Part shown: piece by piece, positions 22,883-34,900 of the stretch
Numbering within the stretch: position 1 is the first letter of the stretch
Layout of the letters: every line of letters starts with the position of its first letter
Origin: a virus
Taxonomy: Duplodnaviria; Caudoviricetes
DNA length: 64,000 nucleotides
Virus record (IMG/VR): IMGVR_UViG_3300021387_000072
Coordinates: 62,029-126,028 of that record
Reading direction: 5' to 3' (one strand)
Notes under the pieces: generated by a model
Seen by the model: only the letters and a program-made list of their open reading frames with translations
Database searches by the model: none
What the model was told of the DNA's origin: nothing
Translations under genes and position numbers: made by a program

Positions 22883-25800
22883 ATGAAGATGTATGTTCCA
22901 GTATATTATCCATACCATTGTCATTCTGTTATATCAAATATGTTCACACAAAAGGATTCACCTGCCTTCATAAAGGATTATGCTGTAGCCATGAAGGAAA
23001 GACACATACCAGTACTGTGTCTTACAGAGCATGGTAACCGGAGCGATATATATCAGCAGGCTGATCTGTGTGAAAAATACAGTGATAATGATTTTAAGAT
23101 GAAACCAATAGCCGGTGCGGAATGTTACTTCGTACCGGACAGGAATCCAGAACTAGCGGATGGACGAAACTTCCATCTCATAGTTATTGCAAAAGATAAT
23201 GAAGGCTTGAGGCAACTCAACTTCATGCTGTCAGAGGCGAATTACTCAGGCTTCTATAGAAAGGCAAGAGTAGATTTCGATCTGCTTTCAAAGCTCGATT
23301 ATAACAGATTCATCGTTACTACTGCATGTGTTGGCGGTCCACTGAGAGACGAAGAGAACGGATTGAAGTATTGCTTTACACTTCATGAGATGTTTAAAGA
23401 AAACTTCTATCTGGAAATTCAGCATCATCCGCAAAAAATTCAGCTGCAGCACAACGAAAAGATTCTTAAGATATATCAGAAATATAAATGGCCTTTGATC
23501 TATGCAACCGACAGCCATTACATAAACAGGGAAGATAAAATACTCAGACAGGAACTTCTCTGGTCAAGGACCAGGGGCGAGGATGAGACATCCGATGATG
23601 ATTTTGATTTGTTCCTTCCTACTTCAGAAGAAGCTTATCAGATGATGCTGGATCAGAACATCTTCAGCAAGGCACAGATACAGGAAGCTTTTGAGAACAC
23701 TTTGGTGCTTGGTACTTTCAGTGGAATAACACTCGACAAGTCCAGAAAGTTTCCAATTTCGAGACAAAACCTTACTAAGGAACAGAGAAATTACCTATAC
23801 CAGAAGATGGTATGCGACGGATACATCGAGCAAGCAGGAATGCCGACACCGGAAGAGGCGGCAGAACTGCGTCGCGAGATGAATACTGTTCTCAAAACAG
23901 ACAGTGCTGATTACTTTATCAGCCTGTACGATATGCTTGAGCTTGGCAAAAAGAAAGGCGGCATCGTGACGCAGACTTCAAGGGGAAGTGCTGCGTCCTA
24001 TGCCACATCCTATGGCCTGAAGTTTACGGCTATCAACAGGCTCAGATGTCCTGTAAAAATGTATCCTGAACGCTTTGTTTCAGAGGATAAGCTGAGAGTT
24101 GCCTTCCCGGATATAGACTCAAACATCTGTAACCTTGAGGCATTTGAGAGTGCAGGTAAGGAAATCTTCGGAGAGTATGGCTGTCTCCCTATGATAGCAC
24201 TGAATACTTTGAAATCTCTTTCAGCATTTAAGATGCTGGCGAAGGTAAAAAACATAGACTTTGCAACTGCAAATGAAATTTCAAAAGAGCTTAGTGCATA
24301 TGAACTTGACATGAAACATGCCATAGAAAATAACTCTGATGATCCTGATTATGATGTAAATGATGATGTTCAACTGGAGAACTATGTGGACGAGAAATAT
24401 CTCAGCCTCATAGATGAAAGCAAACAGTTTAAGAATATCGTAACCAGTGTTGCGCCTCATCCGTGTGCGCATCTGGTGTATCATAAGGATCTCAGATCAG
24501 AGATTGGCATTATCAGACTCAAGCCAAAGCCCGGTTCCAAGGAACCAACCTATTGCGTTTATATAGACGGTGCCACAGCTGACGCACAGCTGTATGTAAA
24601 AAGTGACCTGCTCCGTGTTGATGTTGTTGAGATTATCAATAACGTATTCAAACGTGTTGGCATGAACACTCTTTCTCCTCAACAGCTTCTTGAAGAAGTG
24701 GATAAGCATCCAGAGGTATATGATATATATGCCAATGGATTTACTCAGTCGGTTAATCAGTTTGAAAAACAGAAAACCACTGAGAAAGCCATGCAGTTCA
24801 AGCCAAAGAACACCGTCGAACTTGCCGCTTTTGTTGCGGCAATTCGACCGGGTGCCAAGAGTCTTGTGAACGATTTCGTTTCAAGGACTGTGCATACATA
24901 TGGTATCCCGGCTATGGATGACATGCTGAGAATGAACGGAACGACTGGCAATACCGCCAAGAGTTCATTTCTGTTCTACGATGAACAGATTCTTCAGCTT
25001 GCACAGGCAGCTGGCATTGACCCGGCTGAAGCATACCTTCTTATAAAGGCAATCAAGAAAAAGAAGCCAGAGAAAGTGGCTTCATATAAAGAACAGTTTA
25101 TACCAGGTTTCAGAGAATATCTCATAAAGAAACAGAATGTAGACGGCACGCTTGCAGAGAAGACTGCAGAAGATGTATGGACAGTTATAATCAATAGCGC
25201 TAGCTACCTCTTCTGTAGTAGTCACGCATATGCTTATGCTATAGACGGACTATATTGCGCTTATGAGAAGACCATGTATCCGTATGAGTTCTATGCAACA
25301 ATCCTTAAGCTGTACACTGACAAAGGTAAAAAGGAAAAGGTATCTCTGATCATTGATGAAATGAAGAGATATAAAGGCATAGAATTAAAACCTGCAAGGT
25401 TTGGGCATAACAATTCTGACTGGTATATAGATAAGGAAAACCATACCATATCCCAGAGTCTGGCATCAGTAAAAGGTATAGGCCAGAATGTTTCTGATGA
25501 CTTGAACGTCATGAAGGATATGCACTTCGATACGTTTGTGGATCTTCTGTACTATGTTCTTATGAACACCAGTATTAAGAAGAATCAGATAGATATTCTG
25601 ATACGTATCGGATACTTCTCACAGTTCGGAGAAGAACAGAAACTATTGACTATTGCTGCAGAGTTCCGTGAAGGAACAAACAGGATCACGAAAAGCACAA
25701 AGTCTTTCGAGAAAAGACTGGCGCTGCTTCGGCAGACTGAGGCTGATACACCAAATGAAAAGCTGCCTATTTACGAAACACTTCAGGATGAGAATGAGTT

Positions 25801-26116
25801 ACTGGGTCTGTGTTTCTCCTACGATGCAGACACGGCAAACAATATCTACATCGTTGAAGATGTTGACGATAAATACAGCATAAACGTAGAGATATATTCC
25901 ATCCAGAGAGGTACTTCAGGTTCCATGCGGATCAACAGGAAGACGTATGAACAGAAGAAACTTGAACCTGGATGTATCTTTTCTCTGAACAGATGGAAGA
26001 AACAGCCTAAGATGAAATATGTAAACGGCAAGAGAATACCGACAGGAACAGATGAAATTATTCTTCTTGATTACAATGTACTTAAGCCGTCTAAATATGC
26101 AAGGGCAAAGGAATAA
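22883..26116 (+). CDS. dnaE: DNA polymerase III alpha subunit (phage DnaE)
   Basis: PHP motifs HCHS, TEHG, TDSHY; SRGSAA; PDID; HPCA; KSDLL; SHAYAYA. Confidence 0.93.
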   Translation: MKMYVPVYYPYHCHSVISNMFTQKDSPAFIKDYAVAMKERHIPVLCLTEHGNRSDIYQQADLCEKYSDNDFKMKPIAGAECYFVPDRNPELADGRNFHLIVIAKDNEGLRQLNFMLSEANYSGFYRKARVDFDLLSKLDYNRFIVTTACVGGPLRDEENGLKYCFTLHEMFKENFYLEIQHHPQKIQLQHNEKILKIYQKYKWPLIYATDSHYINREDKILRQELLWSRTRGEDETSDDDFDLFLPTSEEAYQMMLDQNIFSKAQIQEAFENTLVLGTFSGITLDKSRKFPISRQNLTKEQRNYLYQKMVCDGYIEQAGMPTPEEAAELRREMNTVLKTDSADYFISLYDMLELGKKKGGIVTQTSRGSAASYATSYGLKFTAINRLRCPVKMYPERFVSEDKLRVAFPDIDSNICNLEAFESAGKEIFGEYGCLPMIALNTLKSLSAFKMLAKVKNIDFATANEISKELSAYELDMKHAIENNSDDPDYDVNDDVQLENYVDEKYLSLIDESKQFKNIVTSVAPHPCAHLVYHKDLRSEIGIIRLKPKPGSKEPTYCVYIDGATADAQLYVKSDLLRVDVVEIINNVFKRVGMNTLSPQQLLEEVDKHPEVYDIYANGFTQSVNQFEKQKTTEKAMQFKPKNTVELAAFVAAIRPGAKSLVNDFVSRTVHTYGIPAMDDMLRMNGTTGNTAKSSFLFYDEQILQLAQAAGIDPAEAYLLIKAIKKKKPEKVASYKEQFIPGFREYLIKKQNVDGTLAEKTAEDVWTVIINSASYLFCSSHAYAYAIDGLYCAYEKTMYPYEFYATILKLYTDKGKKEKVSLIIDEMKRYKGIELKPARFGHNNSDWYIDKENHTISQSLASVKGIGQNVSDDLNVMKDMHFDTFVDLLYYVLMNTSIKKNQIDILIRIGYFSQFGEEQKLLTIAAEFREGTNRITKSTKSFEKRLALLRQTEADTPNEKLPIYETLQDENELLGLCFSYDADTANNIYIVEDVDDKYSINVEIYSIQRGTSGSMRINRKTYEQKKLEPGCIFSLNRWKKQPKMKYVNGKRIPTGTDEIILLDYNVLKPSKYARAKE

Positions 26117-26137
26117 TTCTGCAGTAATATATATCCT

Positions 26138-26180
26138 CACAGACAGGCGGCGCGACAGCAAAGCGCCAGCCTGTCTGTGA
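26138..26180 (+). terminator. Intergenic GC-rich hairpin
   Basis: cacagacaggc...gcctgtctgtg stem between dnaE and the next gene; no strong T-run. Confidence 0.45.
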
Positions 26181-26216
26181 TTCAAAAGAAATAAGAATAA
26201 CAGGAGGTGGTATTTT

Positions 26217-26573
26217 ATGTATCAAATACCACTTAGATTCATTAACGTATCTGATGATGTCGCCATCTGTGCTACAAGAATCGTAGCCATGATGAGTACA
26301 CATGCACATCAGGCCAGAGCGCTCACATCCAAAGAAAGACAGGCAGGTACGTTAATCAATGCTTGTGGCAATAAGAAGCAGGAAACTACGATCATCATGG
26401 ATAACGGAGCAGTTGTTTCATCTCCGCTTTCTATAGCACGACTGCAGACTGCTATACGGAAAGAAGAAACCAAGGAACCGAAAAGGAAAAGCTCCAAGAG
26501 AATGACTATCTATGATGTTTATGACGAAGAAAAAGACACAGAAGAGGAACTCAAAGGGACTGATGAAGTATGA
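26217..26573 (+). CDS. RemA/DUF370 family protein
   Basis: FINV...ICATRIVAMM...GTLINACG.....IIMDNG.V.SS aligns by eye with the RemA pattern. Confidence 0.75.
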   Translation: MYQIPLRFINVSDDVAICATRIVAMMSTHAHQARALTSKERQAGTLINACGNKKQETTIIMDNGAVVSSPLSIARLQTAIRKEETKEPKRKSSKRMTIYDVYDEEKDTEEELKGTDEV

Positions 26574-26701
26574 CAATCAAATATTACACTGGTTCCGAGT
26601 GGAAGGAAGTTGAAGTGTACTACTTTGACGGTTCCCAGTGGGTTCAGTGTTCTGTTTATTATTTCGACGGAACTCAGTTCGTAGCATGTTCCTTCTCATA
26701 A
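26570..26701 (+). CDS. 43-aa peptide with three YYx(D)G(S/T)x(W/F) repeats (below the ORF-track cutoff)
   Basis: MTIKYYTGSEWKEVEVYYFDGSQWVQCSVYYFDGTQFVACSFS; ATGA overlap with the upstream stop; its stop abuts the next RBS. Confidence 0.75.
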   Translation: MTIKYYTGSEWKEVEVYYFDGSQWVQCSVYYFDGTQFVACSFS

Positions 26702-26714
26702 GGAGGAATAGTCT

Positions 26715-27647
26715 ATGAAAAATGAATATGTAGATGTTCAACTTGGAAGTCCTGAAACAGAACGTATTGTGAATGGAATCTATCAGTATGATAAAGGTCT
26801 TAAGCTCCGTTTGTCCGGTCTTGATGTGGCAAGAGTAGTGCAGATGCAGTTCTCTGTGGACGGTATGAAAGAAACATTGACCGCTGTTGCATATAAAGTA
26901 GAGGATAAATGGGTTGCACCGATTCCGAATGAAGCACTTTCCCGTGGCAGAAATGTGCACTGCTATGTGTACATCACAGACTCAGCCACCGGTATCACCA
27001 TCTATCATATTGTGCTGGCTGTTACACGAAGACCAAAGCCTGATGCATATGATACAACTTTCGATTATACATTTCCGTCTCTTGAAATGTATGCCGGTGA
27101 TACAACGACATGGGATATCTCTCTGTATTCTGAGAGAAATGTAACCTTCACACCGGCTCAGCTTCATGCATTCACATTTACACTGACAATCGTGGACGCA
27201 AACAGTGTTGAATCCGCAGAAGATATCAGTACTGTGACTCCGGTTATCCAGAAGACTGGCGAGCTGCTTTCAAATAATGACGCAACTCTGAGATTTACAT
27301 TTGAATACGCTGATACAATCAATCTCAGTGGAGAATATATCTATCAGATTGAAATGAAATCACAGAAGTATTGCAAAGCGCAACAGGGAAGACTGACAAT
27401 ACGTCCGAACTACAATCAGGAATCTAAACCAAAAGATCTTGACGAAGATCCTGCGCCCCTTCCAGATGCTCCAGGAGAAAACAGTGGTTCTGGTACAACA
27501 GATGGAGACAGTACAGGAAGTGGTACAAATGATCATGTGCAAGAAGGATTCAATGATAATACAACTTCTGGAGACGTAACAGAAGATAATACAGGCAGCA
27601 ATACACCAGGCGCTGAAAGCGGATACTTTGACGAGGGAGGTGGCTGA
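26715..27647 (+). CDS. Baseplate/BppU-like Ig-fold structural protein
   Basis: IYQYDKG..L...IPNEAL...YVYI...RPKP and GDT...G.YIYQIE...QG.LTI domains. Confidence 0.6.
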   Translation: MKNEYVDVQLGSPETERIVNGIYQYDKGLKLRLSGLDVARVVQMQFSVDGMKETLTAVAYKVEDKWVAPIPNEALSRGRNVHCYVYITDSATGITIYHIVLAVTRRPKPDAYDTTFDYTFPSLEMYAGDTTTWDISLYSERNVTFTPAQLHAFTFTLTIVDANSVESAEDISTVTPVIQKTGELLSNNDATLRFTFEYADTINLSGEYIYQIEMKSQKYCKAQQGRLTIRPNYNQESKPKDLDEDPAPLPDAPGENSGSGTTDGDSTGSGTNDHVQEGFNDNTTSGDVTEDNTGSNTPGAESGYFDEGGG

Positions 27648-27649
27648 TT

Positions 27650-28069
27650 ATGAATTCACCTTATTGGCTAAATAAAATAGTAGAAGATGTTTATCATAAT
27701 TCAGATACACAATTCTATATTGGTCTGTCTTCCGAAGTCACAGTGGATGGTTCCAACATTACGGTCAATGAACCGACATCCGGTACAGGCTATGAAAGAA
27801 TTCATATTACAGACTTTACACATGCTGTGAATGCAACCATTTCAAACGCAAGTGATATTGTGTTTCCTGAAAGTATTAATTCATGGTGGTCTGGTCAGAA
27901 GCAGGCAGCTTACTGGGTTCTTTTTGATGGAGCGGGATCCACTGCACATATACTTTCATTCGGAAGACTGGACACACCGCACTATGTGGAAAGAAATACT
28001 GTTCTTATGATACCATCAGGACTTCTTGCAGTTACACTTATGGATTACGATCCTAATCTGGAAGTGTGA
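27650..28069 (+). CDS. Phage tail-associated protein
   Basis: YIGL, EP..GYER, NASDIVFP..W, LFD....G.L pattern. Confidence 0.6.
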   Translation: MNSPYWLNKIVEDVYHNSDTQFYIGLSSEVTVDGSNITVNEPTSGTGYERIHITDFTHAVNATISNASDIVFPESINSWWSGQKQAAYWVLFDGAGSTAHILSFGRLDTPHYVERNTVLMIPSGLLAVTLMDYDPNLEV

Positions 28070-28926
28070 TCGACATGAAAATACTGACATCATTTAACTA
28101 CGACAATCAGGCAATCAATATACCTTTTGTCGTTGTCGGCGATCAGGAAGAAGCCGACAAACGACAATTCAGTTTTGCGATAGCTGATGATGAACTGACT
28201 CCTACTAATATTCGTTACAGCTATCCGTATGACAACTACGAACAATTCAGATCTGTATTAACAAATTACTATGATAAGATGATCCTTCAGCTGCTGGTTA
28301 AACCAATGCTTCTGAAGAGCGATATAACAGAATACTATACCATTGATCATATTGATCCGGTGTCTCTCACAGAACTTGATGCAAAGACACTGAAAGGCAT
28401 TTCGGATGCCGTCAGAAAGTCTGCATGGACAGATGCCGAAGATGATTCAATGTCTATATACAGTAAAGTGGAGTCGATTAAAAAGATACTGTATGCGTAT
28501 CCAAAACTCTACAAAGGCTGGTGGTCCCTGGTTGGATCACTGGACCCGCACAATCTTTTTGCATTCTATAATAAGAAACTGTCAGACTACACACAGGGTA
28601 TTGCCTCTGCTATTGCCATACAAAACACAGATAATGTTCAACATAAAATGTATTTCGTGGACTCCTACCCACTGTACATATATGACTATCTGGCTTTGGA
28701 TGGCTACAGTGACAAGCCTATACCTATGTATGATGAAAACATGCTTGTCATTATGGATACCTCAGAGATTGGCGCAGATATGATATACGGCAACATAGAT
28801 GCCATGAAACTCGGAGACTTTGTAACTCTGGTTGAATGGTATCAGTCACCGCATATATCTGAATATGAGGATACGGCATTACAGAATGTAGATGAAATAC
28901 TCCTTAAAGATTTTGTTGATACATAA
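28066..28926 (+). CDS. Hypothetical protein (structural module)
   Basis: 286-aa ORF coupled to the upstream gene. Confidence 0.65.
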   Translation: MIDMKILTSFNYDNQAINIPFVVVGDQEEADKRQFSFAIADDELTPTNIRYSYPYDNYEQFRSVLTNYYDKMILQLLVKPMLLKSDITEYYTIDHIDPVSLTELDAKTLKGISDAVRKSAWTDAEDDSMSIYSKVESIKKILYAYPKLYKGWWSLVGSLDPHNLFAFYNKKLSDYTQGIASAIAIQNTDNVQHKMYFVDSYPLYIYDYLALDGYSDKPIPMYDENMLVIMDTSEIGADMIYGNIDAMKLGDFVTLVEWYQSPHISEYEDTALQNVDEILLKDFVDT

Positions 28927-28953
28927 AACAAAATATAAAGGGGCGGTTCATAA

Positions 28954-31900
28954 ATGCCTTCACAGACTACAAATTATGAGTTACCGCTCGTGCCTAGAGA
29001 CGAGAAGGTAATGACTTTTCTGGAGTGGAGAACACTTGTGAATGGTACGGACAGCAGTTCTGCCATGAATAAGATAGACTCTGCTCTGAAAACATTGAGC
29101 GATCAGGTCAGCGGCGGTGCTGCTGGCATTTCATATAACGCTACAAACGGAACTCTTTCGCTTATATCAAGTACAGGTTCCTCAATCGGTCAGGCTATTA
29201 CGCTTGACGTATATACACGGAGTCAGATTGAAGCAAAGATATCAGGATTCAAATCTGAATCTCAGATCAATGACCTGATTACTACAAAGCTTACCGGTGG
29301 TACAGATAAATACATGAAGGAAAGCGACGTTACCAACGCAATCATTGATCGTGTTGCCGGTGATGAAGGCTATCTGAAGGACTACTACAATAAAGAAGAA
29401 GTCCAGCAGATGGTAAACAATGTGGATATATCTGGCAGGCTTCAGAACTATGCTACAAAAGACAGTGTGTATACCAAGGATCAGACATACACAAAGCAGG
29501 AAGTAGATAACAAGATTGCCTCCAGCTCCGGGCCTGAAGTTGATCTCAGCGATTACTATACAAAGAGTCAGACAGACACGCAGATCAGCAACGCTGTTAC
29601 GACTGCCAAGAGTGATTATTATACGAAGAATCAGGTAGACGGTCTTCTCAGCAATGTATCTGTTGACCTGTCAACACTTGCTGATAACACAGCTATCGGT
29701 ATGGATGGCGCAAGAACCATCAGGGAAATGAATACTGATATTCTTACACTCCAGAGCAGCATGAGTTCTGCAGTTATCGATGTAGACAGCTCTCCGAATC
29801 CTGAAGACACAGCCAAGACTGATATCACTTTCACAATGGGTGATGAGTCTACTAAGACAATCACAATTGCAGGTGGCGGTGGAGGCGGTGGTGGTTCAAC
29901 CTACGCCATGCTTGTTACCAATCAGTATCCCACCGGTTCAAGGAGAATCACAGCTGTTTCAGGTCAGACTGTTGTTCTTCCGTTTAACTTCAGGGTGTTT
30001 TTCAATGGCACTGAGATGTCTCAGGGCGAGGAAGAAGCAGTAATGACTGCGCAGTACCGCATTGGCAATGGCGCATGGTATACCTTCATTGAAGATGAAA
30101 CCGTAACCAACGGTAATACCATCAGCCGGGATGTATCAAGATATCTGCGCGGCGGCAACGTCACATCCGTACAGTTCTCACTCACTCTTTCCAGCGATAA
30201 TACCATCGTAAGAACAATCCAGTATGACATCACCTGTCTTGAGATCAGCATGAACTCTTCTTATACTTCCGGATCTATGTATACGTCAGACTTTAACATC
30301 CCGTTTACATGCATCGGCAGAGGTATTCAGAAGACACTGCATGTTGTCGTTGACGGCAATACCGGCAATGAAAAGACTGTAAATCTGGGGACTTCCAGCG
30401 GTGAGGAACTGACATACAAGGTGGAAGCATCAGCATTCAACCTGACATACGGTGCACACGTCATCGAAATGTACTTCATGGCTACTGATGTTGACCTTCC
30501 TTCCAATACGCTGAAGTATATCTTCTTCTATAATGATGGCAGCTCCACCAATACAATGATTGGCGCTTATCTTGAGAACACCAACGTTACCTATGGTGAT
30601 GTGCTTACCATCAATTATATCGTCAACAACCCACAGGGTGAGGGTGTTGACTCAATCACGTTTGATACAGGATATCTGGACGCTAACAACAACTTCGTTA
30701 TCACAGAAGAATATGTGGAAAATAACGTAGCCAATTTTGTTATGTCCACCAAGCAGTTGCTTGATTATCCTGAATCAGGCAACTGCCTTGTGGACATCAA
30801 GTGCTATGTTGGTGGTGTTGTCACAAGGAATATCTCTCTCAGTTTCTTCGTTACAAAGTCCGCTGTATCCTACAACCAGATCAATACGGACCTCATCTAT
30901 GTCTACAAAGCAAACGGAAGATCCAACAACAGTAACGATAAGGAACGCTACATCTACAAGATAGATGACAACGATAACAAGAAGATCTATACCACATTCG
31001 ATAACTTCAACTGGGCATCTGATGGTTACTCTGAAACCAATACACTGGTTCTGAGAGACCAGGCCAGAATGAATATCTATCTGCCTGTGCTGAAGTCATC
31101 CGGTTCCAATAGGGCATCGCTGTTCGGTGAATCTTCTGATACGATTGTTCAGTTCGACAGTAAGCAGAATGCTGTCATGACTGACGTTGGCAGAACCATT
31201 GAGTTTGATCTCAATATGATGGACGTTGTGGATCAGAACACAGCTGTTGTGGAATACTCTGATGCCAACTCAGGTGCAAGCTTTAAGATCACACCTCAGA
31301 TGTGCTACATGCTGGCCCGTGGTCAGTCTATCAATCTGGATGAGACAGGCTTCATTCTCAACGAAGAAACCGTTGCCTGTGCATATCTGAAAGATAACAA
31401 ACGTTTGCGTATTTCCTTCGTTATCGAACCTGTAAAGACTTCCACCTATACAGATACCAACGGAACTGAACGTACCATTGAAGTTCAGTGCGTTAATATC
31501 TATATCAATGGCGCATATGCCAAGTCTTACAGGTACAATTCTTCTCTGAACTATGACTCCAACTATTCTACGAAGGATGACTGCATCATTAAGATCGGCT
31601 CCAGCGATTGTACGACAAAGCTGTATGAAGTCCGCATCTATAACAAGGCTCTGCCTTACCGTGGCATTCTTCAGAACTATATGAATGCACCTATTTCTAT
31701 GGCTGACAGGCGTGAAAACAATATCGCCAATGATTTCCTGGAAAGCGAAAGCTTTGACGTATCTTATGCCAAGGCAGTGTATCAGTATCCTTGTCTGCTT
31801 CACATCGGTGAATTCTCTCCATCCAAGTCGGATGAAAAAAAGTGCGGCTGGGTTTTGACAAAGCCTGTGCTTGATACAGCTGGAAAACCTACCGGTGAAT

Positions 31901-34900
31901 ATACGACTGAATTCAAGTGTGTAGATCAGATCAACGGTGTATTCGTGTCTTCCAATAAGGTTCAGGGTACGACTTCTCAGAAGTATCCGCGTAAGAATTT
32001 TAAAGCTAAGCTCGCAAAGGTGTCATCTACGGATCCCACTAAGTCCGAAAAGGTGAAATATCCTATCGACGGCTACGATGATCAGGGCAATGCACTTTCC
32101 ACTAAGGAGTCTACACTGTGCTTCAAAATGGACTTCATGTCTACTGACCATGCCAACACCTTCAATGCCAACCTCGCAGACACACTCTACAAGGATAGAG
32201 AACCTGGCTCAAAGGTACAGAATACAGTTCACGGTTTCCGTTGTCTGTTGTTCCATATGGATCAGAAGGACTTTAATCCTGAGAAGACAAACTTCGCAAA
32301 CCTTAATGACTACCCTGAAGAAACCATCTCCTTTGCTGGCGATGGCTGTCTGAACAATGACAAGGGCAACGCTGATTCCTTTGGTCTTAAGACTTCTTCT
32401 CCGTTTACTTACAACGGAACAGAGTATGCAAAGGACACTGGCAATGTCACCAAGCAGCAGAAGTGGGAAGTTACAGTGAACACCGGCGAAATCGTCGTGT
32501 TCCAGAACGACGATTTCTTCGCCGAAGGAACAGGCCAGCTGGTGAACGGTGAGATCGTGCCTACCACAAAAGTATTCGATGCTCTTGAATCCTGCTATCC
32601 TGACCAGGGTGATCTTGAAGATGAAGGACTGCAGCCGAACTACGATCACATTCAGGTTATGTGGACCTGGGTTGTGCAGAGGGCCAACTTCCTTGACCCG
32701 AATATTGACGCCACTACAAAAGCTCAGAGACGTCAGATATTCCATGATGAATTCACAAAGCATTTTAATCTTGATCATGCTCTGATTTACTATCTGTTTA
32801 CGGAATGGAATGCACTGTGCGATAACCGTGCAAAGAACATGTTCTTCAGCTGTAAGGATCTTACAGCAGAGCATCTGGTGTTTACCAACAGTGCCAAGAG
32901 TCTTGCTGATATCCAGACTTCCGCAGGAAGAATTGATGGATCCAAGATTAACTGGACAGACTCTCAGTTTGCTATATGGTTTACAGACCTGTATGACCTT
33001 GACTCCTGCTTTGGTGCAGACAACGTGGGCTATCTCCGTATTCCTTACTATGCTGACTGGTATTACTATACCGGAACCAAAGGTGAACAGTCTTATTCTG
33101 AGAAGTTCAGCGGTGCACAGAGCTACTTCTGGAGAATGTTTGAAGATGTATTTGCCGCAGATATTAAGAGGATGGCACAGGAACTTACAACACCAAGTCA
33201 GCAGTATGGCGATCTGAGTTATGAAACTCTGAAGAGAGTTCATATTACAGAGAATGCTGAGCTTGTATGTCCTGCCATCATTAACAGGGATATGGAATAT
33301 AAGTACGACGATACATGGGTTGAAGGTTTCTACAATCCTGTGTCGCAGCAGTACGAACATGATGACCAGTACAAGTATATTCACAGAGGTTCCAGAACGG
33401 AACAGAAAGACTCCTTCCTATATAAGCGTTCAAGGATGCTTTACAGTAAATATCAGTGCGGTCAGTTCCTTAATGACAGCCTGAGTTTCAGATGCGGTTC
33501 TACCATAGATAGAAACAAGACTGGTATTATTCTGGAAGCTGATCAGAAGATGTACCTTGGTGTACGTTATGGTGACAGCGCTCCGAACATGACCAATGAT
33601 ATGATTAATGCAGGCGTATCTGCCAGCTTCATATCTCCCAGCGGCTGCGGTGCTACAGATACAATCTATATTCTTGGTGCATCCAACCTGACAAAGATCA
33701 GTGATATCTCTGCGTTCATTCCGCAGGAATTGAAGATTGGTGCTGCAAAGAAGATTAAGGAACTGATTGTCGGTTCTGATAAGAGCGGCTATGTCAACAG
33801 CGTTCTGGCAAAGATTGACACAAAAGATAACACACTGCTTGAAACACTGAATCTGTGCGGCTGTGTGGCTCTTGACACCACGCTTGACCTCTCACAGAAC
33901 AGTCTGATTAAGAATGTCTATCTCAAGAATTCCTCTGTGTCTACAGTAACACTTCCTGTTGGCGGTGTTCTGCAGAACCTTCAGCTTGAAAAGCCGTTCA
34001 ATCTTACCATCAGAAATATGACAAAGCTGGAAAGCCTCACGTATACAAGTCTTGCAAACCTAAAGACTCTGTATGTTGAGAACACTCCGAATACCAATGT
34101 ATTCTTGATGCTTATGAGAGCATTCGATCATCTTGATGCTGTGCGTATTGTCAACGTTGATGAAAATCTGACTGCGAGCATGCTGCAGTCCGGTGAATCC
34201 TTCGAAGATCTGTATGATATCCTGCTCTCTGATGCGATGGTTGGAAAGTATATCGGATCTGATGGACGTGCTGGCAGCGGCAGAGCTGTTGTCTCAGGCA
34301 AGCTCCACGTTCCTTCTATCGGTCAGCTTACCAAGCAGAAAATTGAAGCTCTGTATGATCTTGAGATTACTGCTGATACAGTGGTGTCTGAATATGAAAT
34401 CACTTTCGTAAATAATGACAGCACTGTACTGTACACCGAGTATCTTAAGCAGAATGAAATGCCTGTTGATCCTTATCCGATCGGCTCTGGCACGAAGCTT
34501 ATTGATAAACCCGAGAGATATATAGCTCCAGGTGATGAAGAAGCTGCTCATTATTCATATGAGTTCAACGGATTCACTCCTGCTCTTACTCCTGCTATTG
34601 CAAACGCTACATATACAGCTACCTATAAAGCTTTTCCTAAGCAGCATACTGTACGCTGGTATAACGGTACAACGCTCATGCAGGAAAAGACTGCAAGCTA
34701 TGGCAGCTATATAGAATACACTGGAACCATGCCGGTAAAGGCAAAGAATGGCGATACATGCTATGTGTTTGATCACTGGGATAAGAGTACCGGTTATGTG
34801 ACTGGCGATATGAATGTGTATGCTGTGTTTAATGAAGGCTATCCGTATACAAATACACAGCTTTCTAATATGAACAAGACATTCACAGATCTTGAACCGG

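Noticed and set aside
24100-24130. DnaE PDIDSN as a catalytically dead variant
   Set aside because: Both catalytic aspartates of the PDxD motif are present; only the following, less critical position differs.
6166-33384. Long minus-strand ORFs (e.g. 6166-6828, 9556-10410, 16126-17121, 20060-20845, 32209-33384)
   Set aside because: They are antisense shadows of well-supported + strand genes and show no motifs.
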